Assembly (NCBI GenBank): GCA_963827655.1
Contig: CAWHCF010000045.1
Span: 1 to 64,000, forward strand
Direction: 5' to 3'
Source: an uncultured Acidobacteriota bacterium
GTDB lineage: Bacteria; Acidobacteriota; UBA6911
Length of the DNA: 64,000 nucleotides
The translations under genes were made by a program, and so were the position numbers. Positions within the stretch are counted from its first letter, which is position 1, and each line of letters starts with the position of its first letter. Of this stretch, positions 30,361 through 40,576 are shown piece after piece. Under the pieces are notes generated by a model, which had not been told where the DNA came from, made no database searches, and was given only the letters and a program-made list of their open reading frames with translations.

Positions 30361-32331
30361 TCAAGGCTGCAGGCCTATGCGGCGCAGAAGGTTGGCGTAG
30401 CGCGGGTCGCTGCGGAGGCCTTCATAACTGTAATTGCTTGTGATAAACGGTGAGCCCCCGCCCAGCTCGAAATCCTTCTCAAGCCATGCAAACGCCTGAT
30501 CCTTTTCGCCAAGTCCCGCGTAAACCGTGGCTAAGTGCGCTCCGAGAGCCTCGCGCCGGGCGTAGCTCCCTTCGAGTTCTTTCACCAAGCGGAGAGCCTC
30601 GATTCGCTTTCCCGAAACCGCGTAACCATAGCCCAGGGCACCGAGCCAAACGCTCGCTCTCCCGGATAATTCAACTGCTTTTTGAAACTCGGCGATCGCC
30701 TCTTCATGACGCCGCTGTTTGAGGTATGCCGAACCGAGAAGGTAGTGTGTTCCAGGAAAGCTGGGATTGAGTTCCATATTCCTCCGGATCTGTTCAACTG
30801 CTGAATTGACGTCGTTCTTAAGCAGATAAACCAGCGCGACCTGATCGGTGATGATCGGCGAAAGCGGGTCAAGGTCCTGTGCGCGCCTGGCCTGTGTGAG
30901 CGCGTCGTCGAATTGCCGCTTCGTGATGTAATAAAAGCCAAACCATTGATGAGCCGTCGGGTAATTCGGATTGAGACTGATGGCGCGCCTGTATTCTTTC
31001 TCGGCGTCCGCCCAGCGCCACTGATTCCGATAAACCATCGCCAAAGATGTGTGCGCCTCCGCGAGCGAGTCGTCGAGTTGCAAGGCACGATGCGCGGCGG
31101 CCTCGGCTTTCGGCAAGGCGTCATCAGGAGGAACGCCGGCATACTCTCCCAGGGCCGCATAAGAATCAGCCAGTCCGACATAACCGAGAGCATAGTTCGG
31201 ATCACGTTCTATGGCCTGCTGGAACTGCTCTATCGCTTTCCTGATTCCGTCAGCCGTTCTCCTGTTCCAGTAATAGCGCCCTTTGAGGTAGGCATGATAC
31301 GCATCGAGGTTCTCAGTGTAGCGTTTGGCCAGCTTCTGCTGCTCCTCGCCCGTCAGCTTCGGCGTCAACGCTCCAGCGATCCTCTCAACAATTGAATCTT
31401 GCATCCTGAATATATCTTCGTACCTCTCATCAAAGCGGCCTGCCCACAGCGACGACCCATCGTGCACGTTGATGAGCCGGGCGGTCAGTCGAATCTTGCC
31501 CTCCGCCTTATGAATGCTTCCATCCAGCACCGCGTCAACTCGCTGCTCTCGACCGGCTGCAAGCGGATCCTGGTTGCCATCAGTGTACTTGCGCATCGCG
31601 CTGGTTGGCCGCACGATGAGCTGGTTGATACCACTGAGGCTCGTGATCAATGTATCCGCCATCCCAAGCCCCAGGTACTCGTCGCTTTCTTCGGGGCCCA
31701 ACAACTTGAATGGCAGAACCGCGATTGATTTCACTTCCAAAATACCGTGAGGACGAGGCGAACTGCCAGAAATCAGGAAGTAAGAGGCGGTGCCGATCAA
31801 AATTACCAGGGACAGAGCGGAAAGGGTCCACACGCCTGGATTCAGTCTTGGATGTATTCTCGCTTGCTGAATCGTCTCAGGAAAAGTCCTTCCTTGCGCG
31901 GACGGCCGATGAGCTTCGATCTCCTCGCAAGCGACTGTCCCTTCCTCTCGTTCCGCAACCATGATGGCCTGCGTTCTCGGTATCCGGTCGGCAGGTCCAT
32001 CACTCGTTCGCGCCAAGTTTGCTACGAAGCGGTAGCCGCGCCCCGGGACAGTGACGACATAGCGATGCTCGTCGGCGCGCTCGCCCAGCGCCTTTCTGAG
32101 TATCGAAACATTCTGGGTAAGGTTGGCTTCCTCGACAAAGCTGTCGGGCCAGATCGCATCCATCAGCTCACGCTTCTCGACAACGCGATTGCTGTTTTCA
32201 ATGAGCACCAAGAGTGTGTCAAGGGCTTTGGGTGGGAGCGGAACAACCCTTCCCTCTTGCAGCAGAAGTCTCTTGACCGCGTCCAGTCGGAACGGCCCGA
32301 ACTCGTAGAAGCTCGCCGCAGGGTCAGTCAT
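30361..32331 (-). CDS. CadC-like winged-helix regulator with TolB-like domain and TPRs
   Basis: YEFGPFRLD, VEEANLTQNVSILRKALG, TVPGRGYRF, one TM, SIAVLPF, YLKGRYYWNRRT, LRSDPRY. Confidence 0.93.
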   Translation of the reverse strand: MTDPAASFYEFGPFRLDAVKRLLLQEGRVVPLPPKALDTLLVLIENSNRVVEKRELMDAIWPDSFVEEANLTQNVSILRKALGERADEHRYVVTVPGRGYRFVANLARTSDGPADRIPRTQAIMVAEREEGTVACEEIEAHRPSAQGRTFPETIQQARIHPRLNPGVWTLSALSLVILIGTASYFLISGSSPRPHGILEVKSIAVLPFKLLGPEESDEYLGLGMADTLITSLSGINQLIVRPTSAMRKYTDGNQDPLAAGREQRVDAVLDGSIHKAEGKIRLTARLINVHDGSSLWAGRFDERYEDIFRMQDSIVERIAGALTPKLTGEEQQKLAKRYTENLDAYHAYLKGRYYWNRRTADGIRKAIEQFQQAIERDPNYALGYVGLADSYAALGEYAGVPPDDALPKAEAAAHRALQLDDSLAEAHTSLAMVYRNQWRWADAEKEYRRAISLNPNYPTAHQWFGFYYITKRQFDDALTQARRAQDLDPLSPIITDQVALVYLLKNDVNSAVEQIRRNMELNPSFPGTHYLLGSAYLKQRRHEEAIAEFQKAVELSGRASVWLGALGYGYAVSGKRIEALRLVKELEGSYARREALGAHLATVYAGLGEKDQAFAWLEKDFELGGGSPFITSNYSYEGLRSDPRYANLLRRIGLQP

Positions 32332-32337
32332 GACTCA

Positions 32338-32386
32338 TTTAGAAATTTTTAGAAATCCTGAGGTCGATCCTTAGGACTTTTAGGGC
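32338..32386. promoter_or_regulatory. Helically phased TTAG direct repeats, putative wHTH operator
   Basis: TTAG/TGAG cores at 32339, 32349, 32359, 32371, 32380, directly upstream of the regulator. Confidence 0.55.
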
Positions 32387-32554
32387 CGCCAAGCAGTTAA
32401 TTTGCGGATCGGACTGGGTGTCACAGCCCTTAACGGGCGCGGACTATACCAGCAGCATGACTGGAAGTCAATTTAGGCGCGACCGTCTGAAGCCATTGAT
32501 GAACGCACAGGCCGGGCAACTGGAGCCTGGCAGCACACTCAAAATATAGGAGAT

Positions 32555-33049
32555 ATGACGATGAAAGCAAGAACGAGAAGAGGCATGATGCACATAGCCG
32601 TCGTGTTGATTTTTTGCATGTGCGGACTGGAAGAATCGGCGTCAGCGCAGGGGAATTGCCGTAAAGTCAAAGGTCAGGCAACTGACGTCATCAGCGGAGG
32701 AATACTCACTCATGGTGGAATCCTCAACGGAACAACCCAGCTTGTCTTCACCAGTGGTTTCCAACCGACGCCCCTCCCCACCACCGTTTCCTTCACGGCT
32801 GACTATACCGTCACAACCGGCAAAGGGGTTCTAAGGACCCACAGCGTGTACGTCTACGACTTTGCGCGCCTGGTAGCCGCTGCAATCTCCCAGATTGACC
32901 CAGTTGCCAGTACGGGAGTCTTCGCGGGTGCAACGGGTATGCTTTACTTCAATGCCAGGTCGACGGATGGCGGTGTCACTGTCCAATCTGATATTAGCGG
33001 AGAAATCTGCCTTGCGCGTGATGGCGATTGGAAGGATGAGGATCGCTAG
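32555..33049 (+). CDS. Small secreted beta-rich protein (dirigent/allene-oxide-cyclase-like, tentative)
   Basis: aggaga RBS, signal peptide, STGVFAGATG motif, Cys near both ends of the mature chain. Confidence 0.7.
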   Translation: MTMKARTRRGMMHIAVVLIFCMCGLEESASAQGNCRKVKGQATDVISGGILTHGGILNGTTQLVFTSGFQPTPLPTTVSFTADYTVTTGKGVLRTHSVYVYDFARLVAAAISQIDPVASTGVFAGATGMLYFNARSTDGGVTVQSDISGEICLARDGDWKDEDR

Positions 33050-33163
33050 GCCCGTCGCCGTGAGAGGCGAGCGGAATCGCGCCGACCCGGACCCTAACGG
33101 TGTGAACGGGTCTGCGATGGCCCAGGTGTCCGGAGGCTCCTGCGAAAGGGAATAGACTGGGAG

Positions 33164-33797
33164 TCAGTTTTCCCGGTGGAAGACGAGAAAATGCTGTCTA
33201 TCGAGAAAATCAAAATCTCCGGACAACCGGTATCCGGCCTCTTGCATTTCTGCGACGATCACCTCACGCTCCACCCAGTGGCCCAGAATCCTTTCAAACC
33301 ACCCCTTGCCATTGAATTCGATGATGGCGACGCGTCCTCCGGGTCGCAGGTATTTCTGCGCATTGCGGAAATACGCGGCGCGGTGCTCGATGTGGTGGTA
33401 GGTGTTTGCGGTGAAGATAAGATCGACTCCGGATAACGGGAAGCAGGGGATCGTCATAGCGGCCGAGAATCGCTTCGACATTGCGGTATCCGCGTTTGAG
33501 CGCTTCTCTTGAAACATACTCCGTCATGTCGGCGTCCACGTCCACGGCGTAGACCTTTCCGCCCGTGCCCACGGCCTGCGACAGTCGGAAGGTGAAGTAG
33601 CCCCCGCCCGATCCCAGATCGGCAACTCGGCTGCCGTCGGCGATGCTCAGGAACTCGATCACCTTCTCCGGCTGCTGCCATCGGTCTCTCCCGAACCCTT
33701 CGTAAGCCAAGCGCTTGATCGTTACCCAGCCGGCGATAACACTTGCCAGAATGGCGACCAGCACCCCCAGCCACACAACTTTTTTGGTCAAGCTCAT
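33164..33797 (-). CDS. Class I SAM-dependent methyltransferase; frameshift near 33435
   Basis: RDRWQQPEKV, VADLGSGGGYF, VYAVDV, then VDLIF..YHHI..LRPGGRVAIIEF. Confidence 0.9.
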
Positions 33798-34008
33798 CGC
33801 ATACCCTGTGTTCGCCGAAGCGGATAAGTCGAAGCCTATTAAACGTCGTCGGCAGGCTCGAAGTTCCCTTGGAGGGAAGCCGGCTGGCTTCGTCTCATTC
33901 AGGCGAATGTTCTACAATAGGCGGAGTCGTAAAGCCTGTTACCGATCAGTGTTGTGCCCACGGCTTGAGGTACGGTTTAAGCCGAGCCACTTGATCGCGA
34001 ATCTGAGA

Positions 34009-34080
34009 ATGGAAAAATACGTCGCTTTTCTGCGGGCAATCAATGTTGCAGGGCACACGATTGTCAGGATGAGCGATGGC
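34009..34080 (+). pseudogene. 5' remnant of a DUF1697-family gene
   Basis: MEKYVAFLRAINVAGHTIVRMSD matches the DUF1697 N-terminus; similarity ends at the repeat copy at 34082-34104. Confidence 0.7.
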
Positions 34081-34129
34081 GTTTCTTCGAGTCTTAGTGG
34101 TTGGTTTTGTTCCTCCGCGCTAGCCGGCG

Positions 34130-35560
34130 TTACTCTCTTGCCGCCGGCTCGCTGCTGCTCGTCGCAACCGGTTCCAGCGGCTTCCTTTCGACAGAATACT
34201 CAACAAAGGCGGAGAGCATCTCATCATAGCTTGGCTCGCCAAATCGCACGGATCTCGTTGGATCAGGATTGTATTTATTCTTTGCAGAGTTGTCGAAGTA
34301 GCCGGTTACCAAAAACCTGGTTCCCTTGGGAATCGCAAGCGGCTGCTTGAGGTAGTAAACAGTCTGCCACGAAAAGCTGTAGTTGGGCACGTCGAGCAGG
34401 ATTTCATCGCGGCCGTCCGGGTAAAAGGCCTTGATCTCCATTGCTTTGCCGCGCAGGTGCATATGGGGCATGAGATTGACCAGACGAATATCCTCTTGAG
34501 TCGTCCAGCAGGCCGTGGACTTGTGGTTCGGCGCTCCCGGCGGAATCTTGAAGTATCGATTCACAATCGGATGCGTGATGATTTGCCTTTCCGGAGGCTG
34601 CTTGGCGAAAAGGAGACCGACCATTGACCGATCCTTCTGCACCGAGCCTGCAGCCTTGGAGTAGTGGACCTGGAAGATAATTCTGGAACCGGCTGGAATC
34701 TTCTTTGCCGTCCCGGGTTCCCAGGTTGCGGCATTCATCCCCGGAGCGAAGCCGCACAACACCATACCCAGCTCCTGAAATACTCCTTCGCTGGCGTCGC
34801 TCGGAATTTGACAACCGTCATCGTGGACCGGCACCTCGGGTTTCATGCGCATCAGGAAACCGTCGCGGTAGAAGACCGATTCTCTCTCCATCTTTTCGCG
34901 CACCTTCTCGATCTCCTCCTTCGTCATGCGGTTTTGCGCCGGACGATCCTTCCGCGGCGGTTGAACAAACGCGAGGATGTGATGGACGATCTTGCGATTG
35001 CCGGGACGCGCCTCGGCCATCTGCACATACCTGTCTTCCGCGAAATTGGTCTCAACCTCGAAGTAGTGATATTCGTCCGGTCCGGAGGCGGCGAGCGTAA
35101 ACTCTTCCGGCATCTGGATAACCAGGTCGGGTTTGCCGATGCGCCAGCCCTCGACGAACTCCGGCGCCGGGGGCAGATCGGCGGGATTGCCTTCTTTCGC
35201 GCCGCCGTCAACCCAGGCGACTATTGTGTCGATCTCTGCCTGGGTCAGGCGGCGGTCGTTCTTGAACTCGCCGTAACGGGGATCGGCGTGCCAGGGTGGC
35301 ATCTCGCGCGAAACGACCTTCTCTCGAATGGACTTGGCCCACGGGCGCGCATCCCCGTAACTCAGGATCGACATCGGCGCTGCCTCGCCGGGTCGATGGC
35401 AGGTCGCGCATTTCTCGAAGAAGATCGGCGCAACGTCTTTCGTGAAAGTGACGTGCGGACGCGAGGGTTTGGTTTCATTGGTCGGGCCCGCGGGCAGACC
35501 GAATGACGCGGCTAACGTCAGGAGTGGCAATGCGATGAGGGTAAGGAATGTTCTACTCAT
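34130..35560 (-). CDS. Secreted c-type cytochrome / copper type II monooxygenase-like protein
   Basis: Signal peptide, CATCH heme motif, MPPW, IVHH, FQVHY, PHMHLRG, DEM. Confidence 0.85.
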   Translation of the reverse strand: MSRTFLTLIALPLLTLAASFGLPAGPTNETKPSRPHVTFTKDVAPIFFEKCATCHRPGEAAPMSILSYGDARPWAKSIREKVVSREMPPWHADPRYGEFKNDRRLTQAEIDTIVAWVDGGAKEGNPADLPPAPEFVEGWRIGKPDLVIQMPEEFTLAASGPDEYHYFEVETNFAEDRYVQMAEARPGNRKIVHHILAFVQPPRKDRPAQNRMTKEEIEKVREKMERESVFYRDGFLMRMKPEVPVHDDGCQIPSDASEGVFQELGMVLCGFAPGMNAATWEPGTAKKIPAGSRIIFQVHYSKAAGSVQKDRSMVGLLFAKQPPERQIITHPIVNRYFKIPPGAPNHKSTACWTTQEDIRLVNLMPHMHLRGKAMEIKAFYPDGRDEILLDVPNYSFSWQTVYYLKQPLAIPKGTRFLVTGYFDNSAKNKYNPDPTRSVRFGEPSYDEMLSAFVEYSVERKPLEPVATSSSEPAARE

Positions 35561-35682
35561 AACTGCGCATCCTCATAAAAGTTCGATTCAATGACCAGTG
35601 GCCCCGAGCGCCATGCGCCCCGTTCCGCAGGACCGGGTTGTCCCCATCCCGTAGGCAGGATACTTATGTCGGCGGACACAGT

Positions 35683-35722
35683 CATAAGACTCTGGTAAGA
35701 TTTCGGTTAGTTTTCGGTAAAG
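35683..35722. promoter_or_regulatory. 11-bp tandem direct repeats, putative wHTH operator
   Basis: cataagactct-ggtaagatttc-ggttagttttc-ggtaaag. Confidence 0.55.
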
Positions 35723-35902
35723 CATGACGAAATTCGGCCAGCATAGGGTATCCACTGTGACCTGATATCCTTTGAACACAGCGAATCGTGATCCTGGGCA
35801 CAATTTCGTTACAGCTCAACAGCGAGCGAGTCGATTCAACGTGGCCAAATTGATTATCCTCGCCCGGGCTTCCCAGAATCTTCCCGCTTAAGTCCTGGGC
35901 TG

Positions 35903-35937
35903 GCGCCCTTGGAGTGCGGTAGCTTGCTGCGCCTTTG
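35903..35937. repeat. REP-like motif (ttggagtgcg family)
   Basis: gcgcccttggagtgcggtagcttgctgcgcctttg; relatives at 27998, 46519, 51612 and inverted at 51921. Confidence 0.7.
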
Positions 35938-36052
35938 CGACCACGGCACATCCAAAGAGAGCCGCCCGGAACAGGTCGCCGTATCCGTGAAACTGTGTGC
36001 TTAGTTACTGATTTTGCTTTCCTTCGGGTCCCGGCTCGTCGTTCGATTCCTG

Positions 36053-36080
36053 TTGACAGCGCTTTTGAGGGATATATATT
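36053..36080 (+). promoter_or_regulatory. Sigma70-type promoter of the TonB-dependent receptor
   Basis: TTGACA-N16-TATATT, overlapping an AGCGCT core reminiscent of LacI-family operators. Confidence 0.55.
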
Positions 36081-36104
36081 CGTCCCAATCTCCCAGGAGG
36101 CCCT

Positions 36105-39100
36105 ATGAATCCCCGTAATGCTTGGACCGTTCGTTCCCTCTTCTTGATGGCAAGTCTCTGGTTTCCGATCGTGGTAGTTGCTCAAACCACCGGAGTTCTG
36201 ACCGGCACGGTCACCGACACATCGGATGCGGTGATTGCCGCCGCCACCGTGACTGTCCGAAACGTCCGCACCGGCGAAGAGCGGGTCGCGATCACCAATG
36301 ACAGCGGCCAGTACGTGGTCAACGCGCTGCCGGTCGGCGAGTATGAGGTCGAGGTCAGCGCCGACGGTTTCAAGAAGATCAAGCGCGGTGGAATTCAACT
36401 CAACGTGGCCGACCGGACCGCGATCAATCTGCGCCTGGAGGTTGGAGGAATTACAGAGACGGTCTCGGTTGAGGCGGTCGCGCCCGTAGTCGACACCGAG
36501 AAGGGTGATCTCAGTTACCTGGTCAATACGAAGCAGATGACCGACCTGGCCGTCAACGGGCGCACGTTTACACTATTGCAGCAACTGGCTCCAGGCGCTT
36601 CGAGGCAGGTCGGAGACGAAGGGGGCGTCGGTTTCTCCAGCAACAAGGGGTTCGCTATCAACGGCCAGCGCGCGGACTATAGCGGCCTGCTCCTGGATGG
36701 CGTCGAGAACACCGATATGGGAAACCAGTCGGGACTTTTTGTCTCTCCCGGGATGGAAACCATCGCCGAATTCAAGATGCAGACCAGCAACTACTCGGCC
36801 GAGTACGGCACCGCGGGAGGCGCCAATATTCTGGTCGTGACCCGCTCCGGGACGCGCGACTTCCACGGCGCCGCCTATGAGTTTTTGCGCAATGACGTGC
36901 TCGACGCGAGGAACTTTTTCGCGCGCTCGAAGCCCACGCTGCGCTACAACAACTTCGGGTACCGCATTGGAGGGCCGGTCATGATACCCGGCTGGTACAA
37001 CCAGAACCGGGACAAGACGTTCTTCTTTTTTGCTCAGGAGTGGCGGCGCCGACGCACCCAGCAGATCATCCGCGCGGCGACGCCGACAACCGCCATGCGC
37101 GCCGGCGATTTTTCGGCCGAGGCCGCCCGGATCGGCCGGCCGATTGTCGACCCCGACACCAAAGCGCCTCTGGCGAACAACCAGATCCCGGCGGCGAGCC
37201 TGAACCGGAACGCGCAGCTCCTGCTCGGTCAGGTATTTCCGCTTCCCAACGGCACCGAGTTTCTGAACTACGAGCAGAACGCCGGAATCAAGGAGAACTG
37301 GCGTCAGGAAACGATCAATGTTACCCATGAATTTACCACCAACACCCAGCTGATGGTCCGCTATATTCAGGAGAGCTGGACCCAGGGTCTGCCGACGCTG
37401 CTTTTCAGCACCGCCCAGGCCTTTCCCACCATCGGAACCGATGTCTTCCTTCCCTCGAAAAGCTTCGTCACCAAGCTGACCAACATCGTGAATCCGACGC
37501 TGCTCAATGAATTCTCTTTCGCCTACGGAAGCAACTACGGGCCCAAAGAGAAGAGGGCCGTTACGCTGCGCGGCGCTTACCTGGAACCCCAAGGCTTCAA
37601 TATTACGAGATTGTTCCCGCGGGTCGAAGGTCTCCCGAACAAGATTCCCAACCTCACTTTCACCGGCGGTTGGGGTGGGATCAACTCGAGCTATTACCCG
37701 TGGTGGGCGCACCACAACATCATGACCTTCACCGATATGCTGTCGAAGACTTCGGGGAGGCATTCTTTCAAGTTCGGCGGCACCTATCAGTTTTCGAAGA
37801 CGCCGGTCGAATCCCAGGTCGGAAACGCTTATCAGGGTGGATTCACTTTCGACGGGAGTATCACGAACCACCCGATCGCAGACTTCATGTTCGGCCGCGG
37901 CGCCAGCTATCAGGAGCTGGATAAACTCCTGGCGCCAAGCTACGACTATCCTCAGCTCGAGCTGTTTGCGCAGGATACCTGGAAGGTCTCTTCGCGGCTC
38001 ACGCTCAATCTCGGCCTGCGCTACTTCTGGGTTCCTCATCTGCACGAAGCGAATGATCTCATCAGCAACTTCGTCCCCGCGCGCTACGATCCTGCCAAAG
38101 CCGTTCGGGTGCTCCCGGACGGCACAATCGAGAGAGGAGGGGGCGATCTCCTGAACGGCATCGTCAGTGTTTCAGACGGCCTTTCGCGCAGCCTGGTGGA
38201 GAACTATCCCTGGAAATTCGCTCCCCGTTTTGGCTTTGCCTGGGATCCGACCGGGAGCGGCAAGACCTCCGTGCGCGCGGGCTACGGTGTCGGGTTTTTC
38301 AGGGTTGAGGGGAACGATACCTACCGGATGGTCGGAAATCCACCGCGTTCAAAGCTCGTGACCGTCTTCAATCCCCCGTTCGACAACCCGGGCGCCGGCT
38401 CGGCTGCGGCCGACCGGCCGCTCGCCGTCAACTCGTTGGACCAGCTCTTCGATGTCCCCATGATTCAGACCTACAGCCTGGGCGTCGAGCGGGAGCTGAC
38501 TCCCGGCACCGCCTTGTCCGTCTCCTACGTCGGGAGCCGGGGGACTCACCTCGAGCGCGCGCGTGACATCAATCAGCCCTTTCCCATCAGCGGATTCGAT
38601 TTCGATCCGCGGCTCAATACGCGCGCGATACCGACCGAACAGATCCGGCCCTACCAGGGGTTTGCCGGGATCAGCCAGACCGAAACCACAGCGTCCTCGA
38701 CCTACCATGCGCTGCAGGCTACGTTCCAGCGCAGAATGTCAAAGGGACTGCTGTTTGAGAGCTCCTATACCTGGTCGCGCGCAATCGCCGACGCCAGCGG
38801 TTTCGGTGAGAGCCCGCAGAACGCCTACAATCTGAGCGCGGAACGGGGCGCCGCGGGCTTCGATCGCACCCACATGCTGATACTCAACTACATCTACGAG
38901 ATCCCCTTCATGCGAAACGCCTCGGGATTGACGCGTGCCGTGCTCGGGGGCTGGCAGATTTCCGGTGTCACCCAGTTTCAAGGCGGCGTGCCTCTGAATG
39001 TCTCGATGACCGGGACCAGTCTGGGTCTGGCCAACCGGCCCAATCGAAAAGCCGGCGTAGAGGTCGAAGGACCGAAGACCGTGCAGCAGTGGTTTGACAC

Positions 39101-39374
39101 GACAGCCTTCGAAGCGCCGGCGTTCGGTTTCTTCGGCAACGCCGGACGGAACATTCTGAGAGGGCCGGGCATTCACAGCTGGGATCTGTCCCTCTTCAAG
39201 AACTTCGCGCTCGGCGAACGAGCTAACTTCCAGTTTCGCGCCGAGGCCTTCAATGCTTTCAACCATACCAACTTCGACGCCGTGAGCACGACCTTCGGTT
39301 CCGGCAACTTCGGCCAGGTTACGACCGCCAGGACGGCTCGAGTCGTGCAGTTCGGCTTGAAAGCTGAGTTCTGA
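36105..39374 (+). CDS. TonB-dependent receptor, Oar-like, with carboxypeptidase-regulatory-like N-domain
   Basis: aggagg RBS; GTVTDTSDAVI, SNYSAEYG, FLRNDVLDARNFF, FAPRFGFAWD, QFRAEAFNAFNH, terminal QFGLKAEF. Confidence 0.95.
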   Translation: MNPRNAWTVRSLFLMASLWFPIVVVAQTTGVLTGTVTDTSDAVIAAATVTVRNVRTGEERVAITNDSGQYVVNALPVGEYEVEVSADGFKKIKRGGIQLNVADRTAINLRLEVGGITETVSVEAVAPVVDTEKGDLSYLVNTKQMTDLAVNGRTFTLLQQLAPGASRQVGDEGGVGFSSNKGFAINGQRADYSGLLLDGVENTDMGNQSGLFVSPGMETIAEFKMQTSNYSAEYGTAGGANILVVTRSGTRDFHGAAYEFLRNDVLDARNFFARSKPTLRYNNFGYRIGGPVMIPGWYNQNRDKTFFFFAQEWRRRRTQQIIRAATPTTAMRAGDFSAEAARIGRPIVDPDTKAPLANNQIPAASLNRNAQLLLGQVFPLPNGTEFLNYEQNAGIKENWRQETINVTHEFTTNTQLMVRYIQESWTQGLPTLLFSTAQAFPTIGTDVFLPSKSFVTKLTNIVNPTLLNEFSFAYGSNYGPKEKRAVTLRGAYLEPQGFNITRLFPRVEGLPNKIPNLTFTGGWGGINSSYYPWWAHHNIMTFTDMLSKTSGRHSFKFGGTYQFSKTPVESQVGNAYQGGFTFDGSITNHPIADFMFGRGASYQELDKLLAPSYDYPQLELFAQDTWKVSSRLTLNLGLRYFWVPHLHEANDLISNFVPARYDPAKAVRVLPDGTIERGGGDLLNGIVSVSDGLSRSLVENYPWKFAPRFGFAWDPTGSGKTSVRAGYGVGFFRVEGNDTYRMVGNPPRSKLVTVFNPPFDNPGAGSAAADRPLAVNSLDQLFDVPMIQTYSLGVERELTPGTALSVSYVGSRGTHLERARDINQPFPISGFDFDPRLNTRAIPTEQIRPYQGFAGISQTETTASSTYHALQATFQRRMSKGLLFESSYTWSRAIADASGFGESPQNAYNLSAERGAAGFDRTHMLILNYIYEIPFMRNASGLTRAVLGGWQISGVTQFQGGVPLNVSMTGTSLGLANRPNRKAGVEVEGPKTVQQWFDTTAFEAPAFGFFGNAGRNILRGPGIHSWDLSLFKNFALGERANFQFRAEAFNAFNHTNFDAVSTTFGSGNFGQVTTARTARVVQFGLKAEF

Positions 39375-40526
39375 GTGCGTGCGCCGGGAACCTGGATAAA
39401 ACTGAGCATTTACGCGCTGGTCTTCTGCTTCGCATTGTCCGGCGATCTTGCCGCCTTCGCCGACTCCGACTTTGACAAGGCACGCCGGCTTCAGGAGCTG
39501 GGGCGCTATTCCGAAGCAGAGCGGCTCTATCGCGCAGTCCTCGCTGTCGATCCTGACTCGGTTCCCGCGCTTACGAACCTCGGCGTCGTTCTATCCCGGC
39601 AGGGGAAACATTCGGATGCGATCGCCGCCTACCAGCGGGTGCTTCGGCTCGATCCGGCCCTTGCGGAGGTAAAGCTCAATCTCGCGCTCGCTTATTATCA
39701 CTCGTCGCAGTGGGACAATGCCGTGCGCCAGCTTCGTTCGGTTCTCCTGAAATCGCCGGCTGACCTCAGGGCCCTGCAGCTGATGGCGGTCTGTCTGCTC
39801 GAGCTCGAACGCTTTGAAGACGCTGCGCGCGCCTACGAGAAACTGCTCCCGAGCGATGACGTATCGATTCTGGTTGGGGCCGCCACGGCATATTTAAAGA
39901 CGGGGCGCCGCGAAGAGGGAGAAGCGCTTCTTGCGCGCGTGCTGTCCGAACGCGGCGGCAGCGCGGAAGTTCACTTCATGGTGGGCCAGGCGCAGTTGTC
40001 GCTTCACGAGTATGCTGCCGCCGAGCAGTCGTTCCGGCGGATGCTGGAGCTCGCGCCCGGGCAACGCGAAGGCCGCTTCTATCTGGGAGGCGCGTATCTG
40101 AAGCAAGGAAAAGAGGACGCAGCCCTGACGGAGTGGCGCAAGGCCGCCGAAGACGAACCGCGCTACTTTCCCGCGATATTTGCCGTCGGTGCTGTTCTGG
40201 CAGGTCGGGGCGAGTACAGCGAGGCTCGCCAGTGGCTGGCCAGAGCCGTGACCCTCGATCCCGACCATGCCTTTACGCGCTTCGAGCTGGGGAGAATCGC
40301 GTATCGCGAGCGGAACTACGCCGAAGCGGAGAAAGAACTTCGCGCAGCAACCAAGCTGGCTCCTGAGCTGAGGGAAGCCTCTTACCTCCTCGCCAGCACG
40401 TATCGACAGCTGGGGAAAACCCAGGAGGCGCAGCGGGAGGCGGCCCGGGGGGAACGTTTGTACCGGCAAACGCTTCAGAAGGATATCGACCTTCTCAAGC
40501 AAGCCGTCGGCGGCGCCAGGCGCTGA
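39375..40526 (+). CDS. Exported TPR protein co-transcribed with the receptor
   Basis: GTG directly after the receptor stop; signal peptide; multiple TPR motifs. Confidence 0.88.
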   Translation: MRAPGTWIKLSIYALVFCFALSGDLAAFADSDFDKARRLQELGRYSEAERLYRAVLAVDPDSVPALTNLGVVLSRQGKHSDAIAAYQRVLRLDPALAEVKLNLALAYYHSSQWDNAVRQLRSVLLKSPADLRALQLMAVCLLELERFEDAARAYEKLLPSDDVSILVGAATAYLKTGRREEGEALLARVLSERGGSAEVHFMVGQAQLSLHEYAAAEQSFRRMLELAPGQREGRFYLGGAYLKQGKEDAALTEWRKAAEDEPRYFPAIFAVGAVLAGRGEYSEARQWLARAVTLDPDHAFTRFELGRIAYRERNYAEAEKELRAATKLAPELREASYLLASTYRQLGKTQEAQREAARGERLYRQTLQKDIDLLKQAVGGARR

Positions 40527-40576
40527 CGTTCTCAGTGTTTCTTGATTTCTTCGCGTCTTGGTGGCGTAGATGAAGG

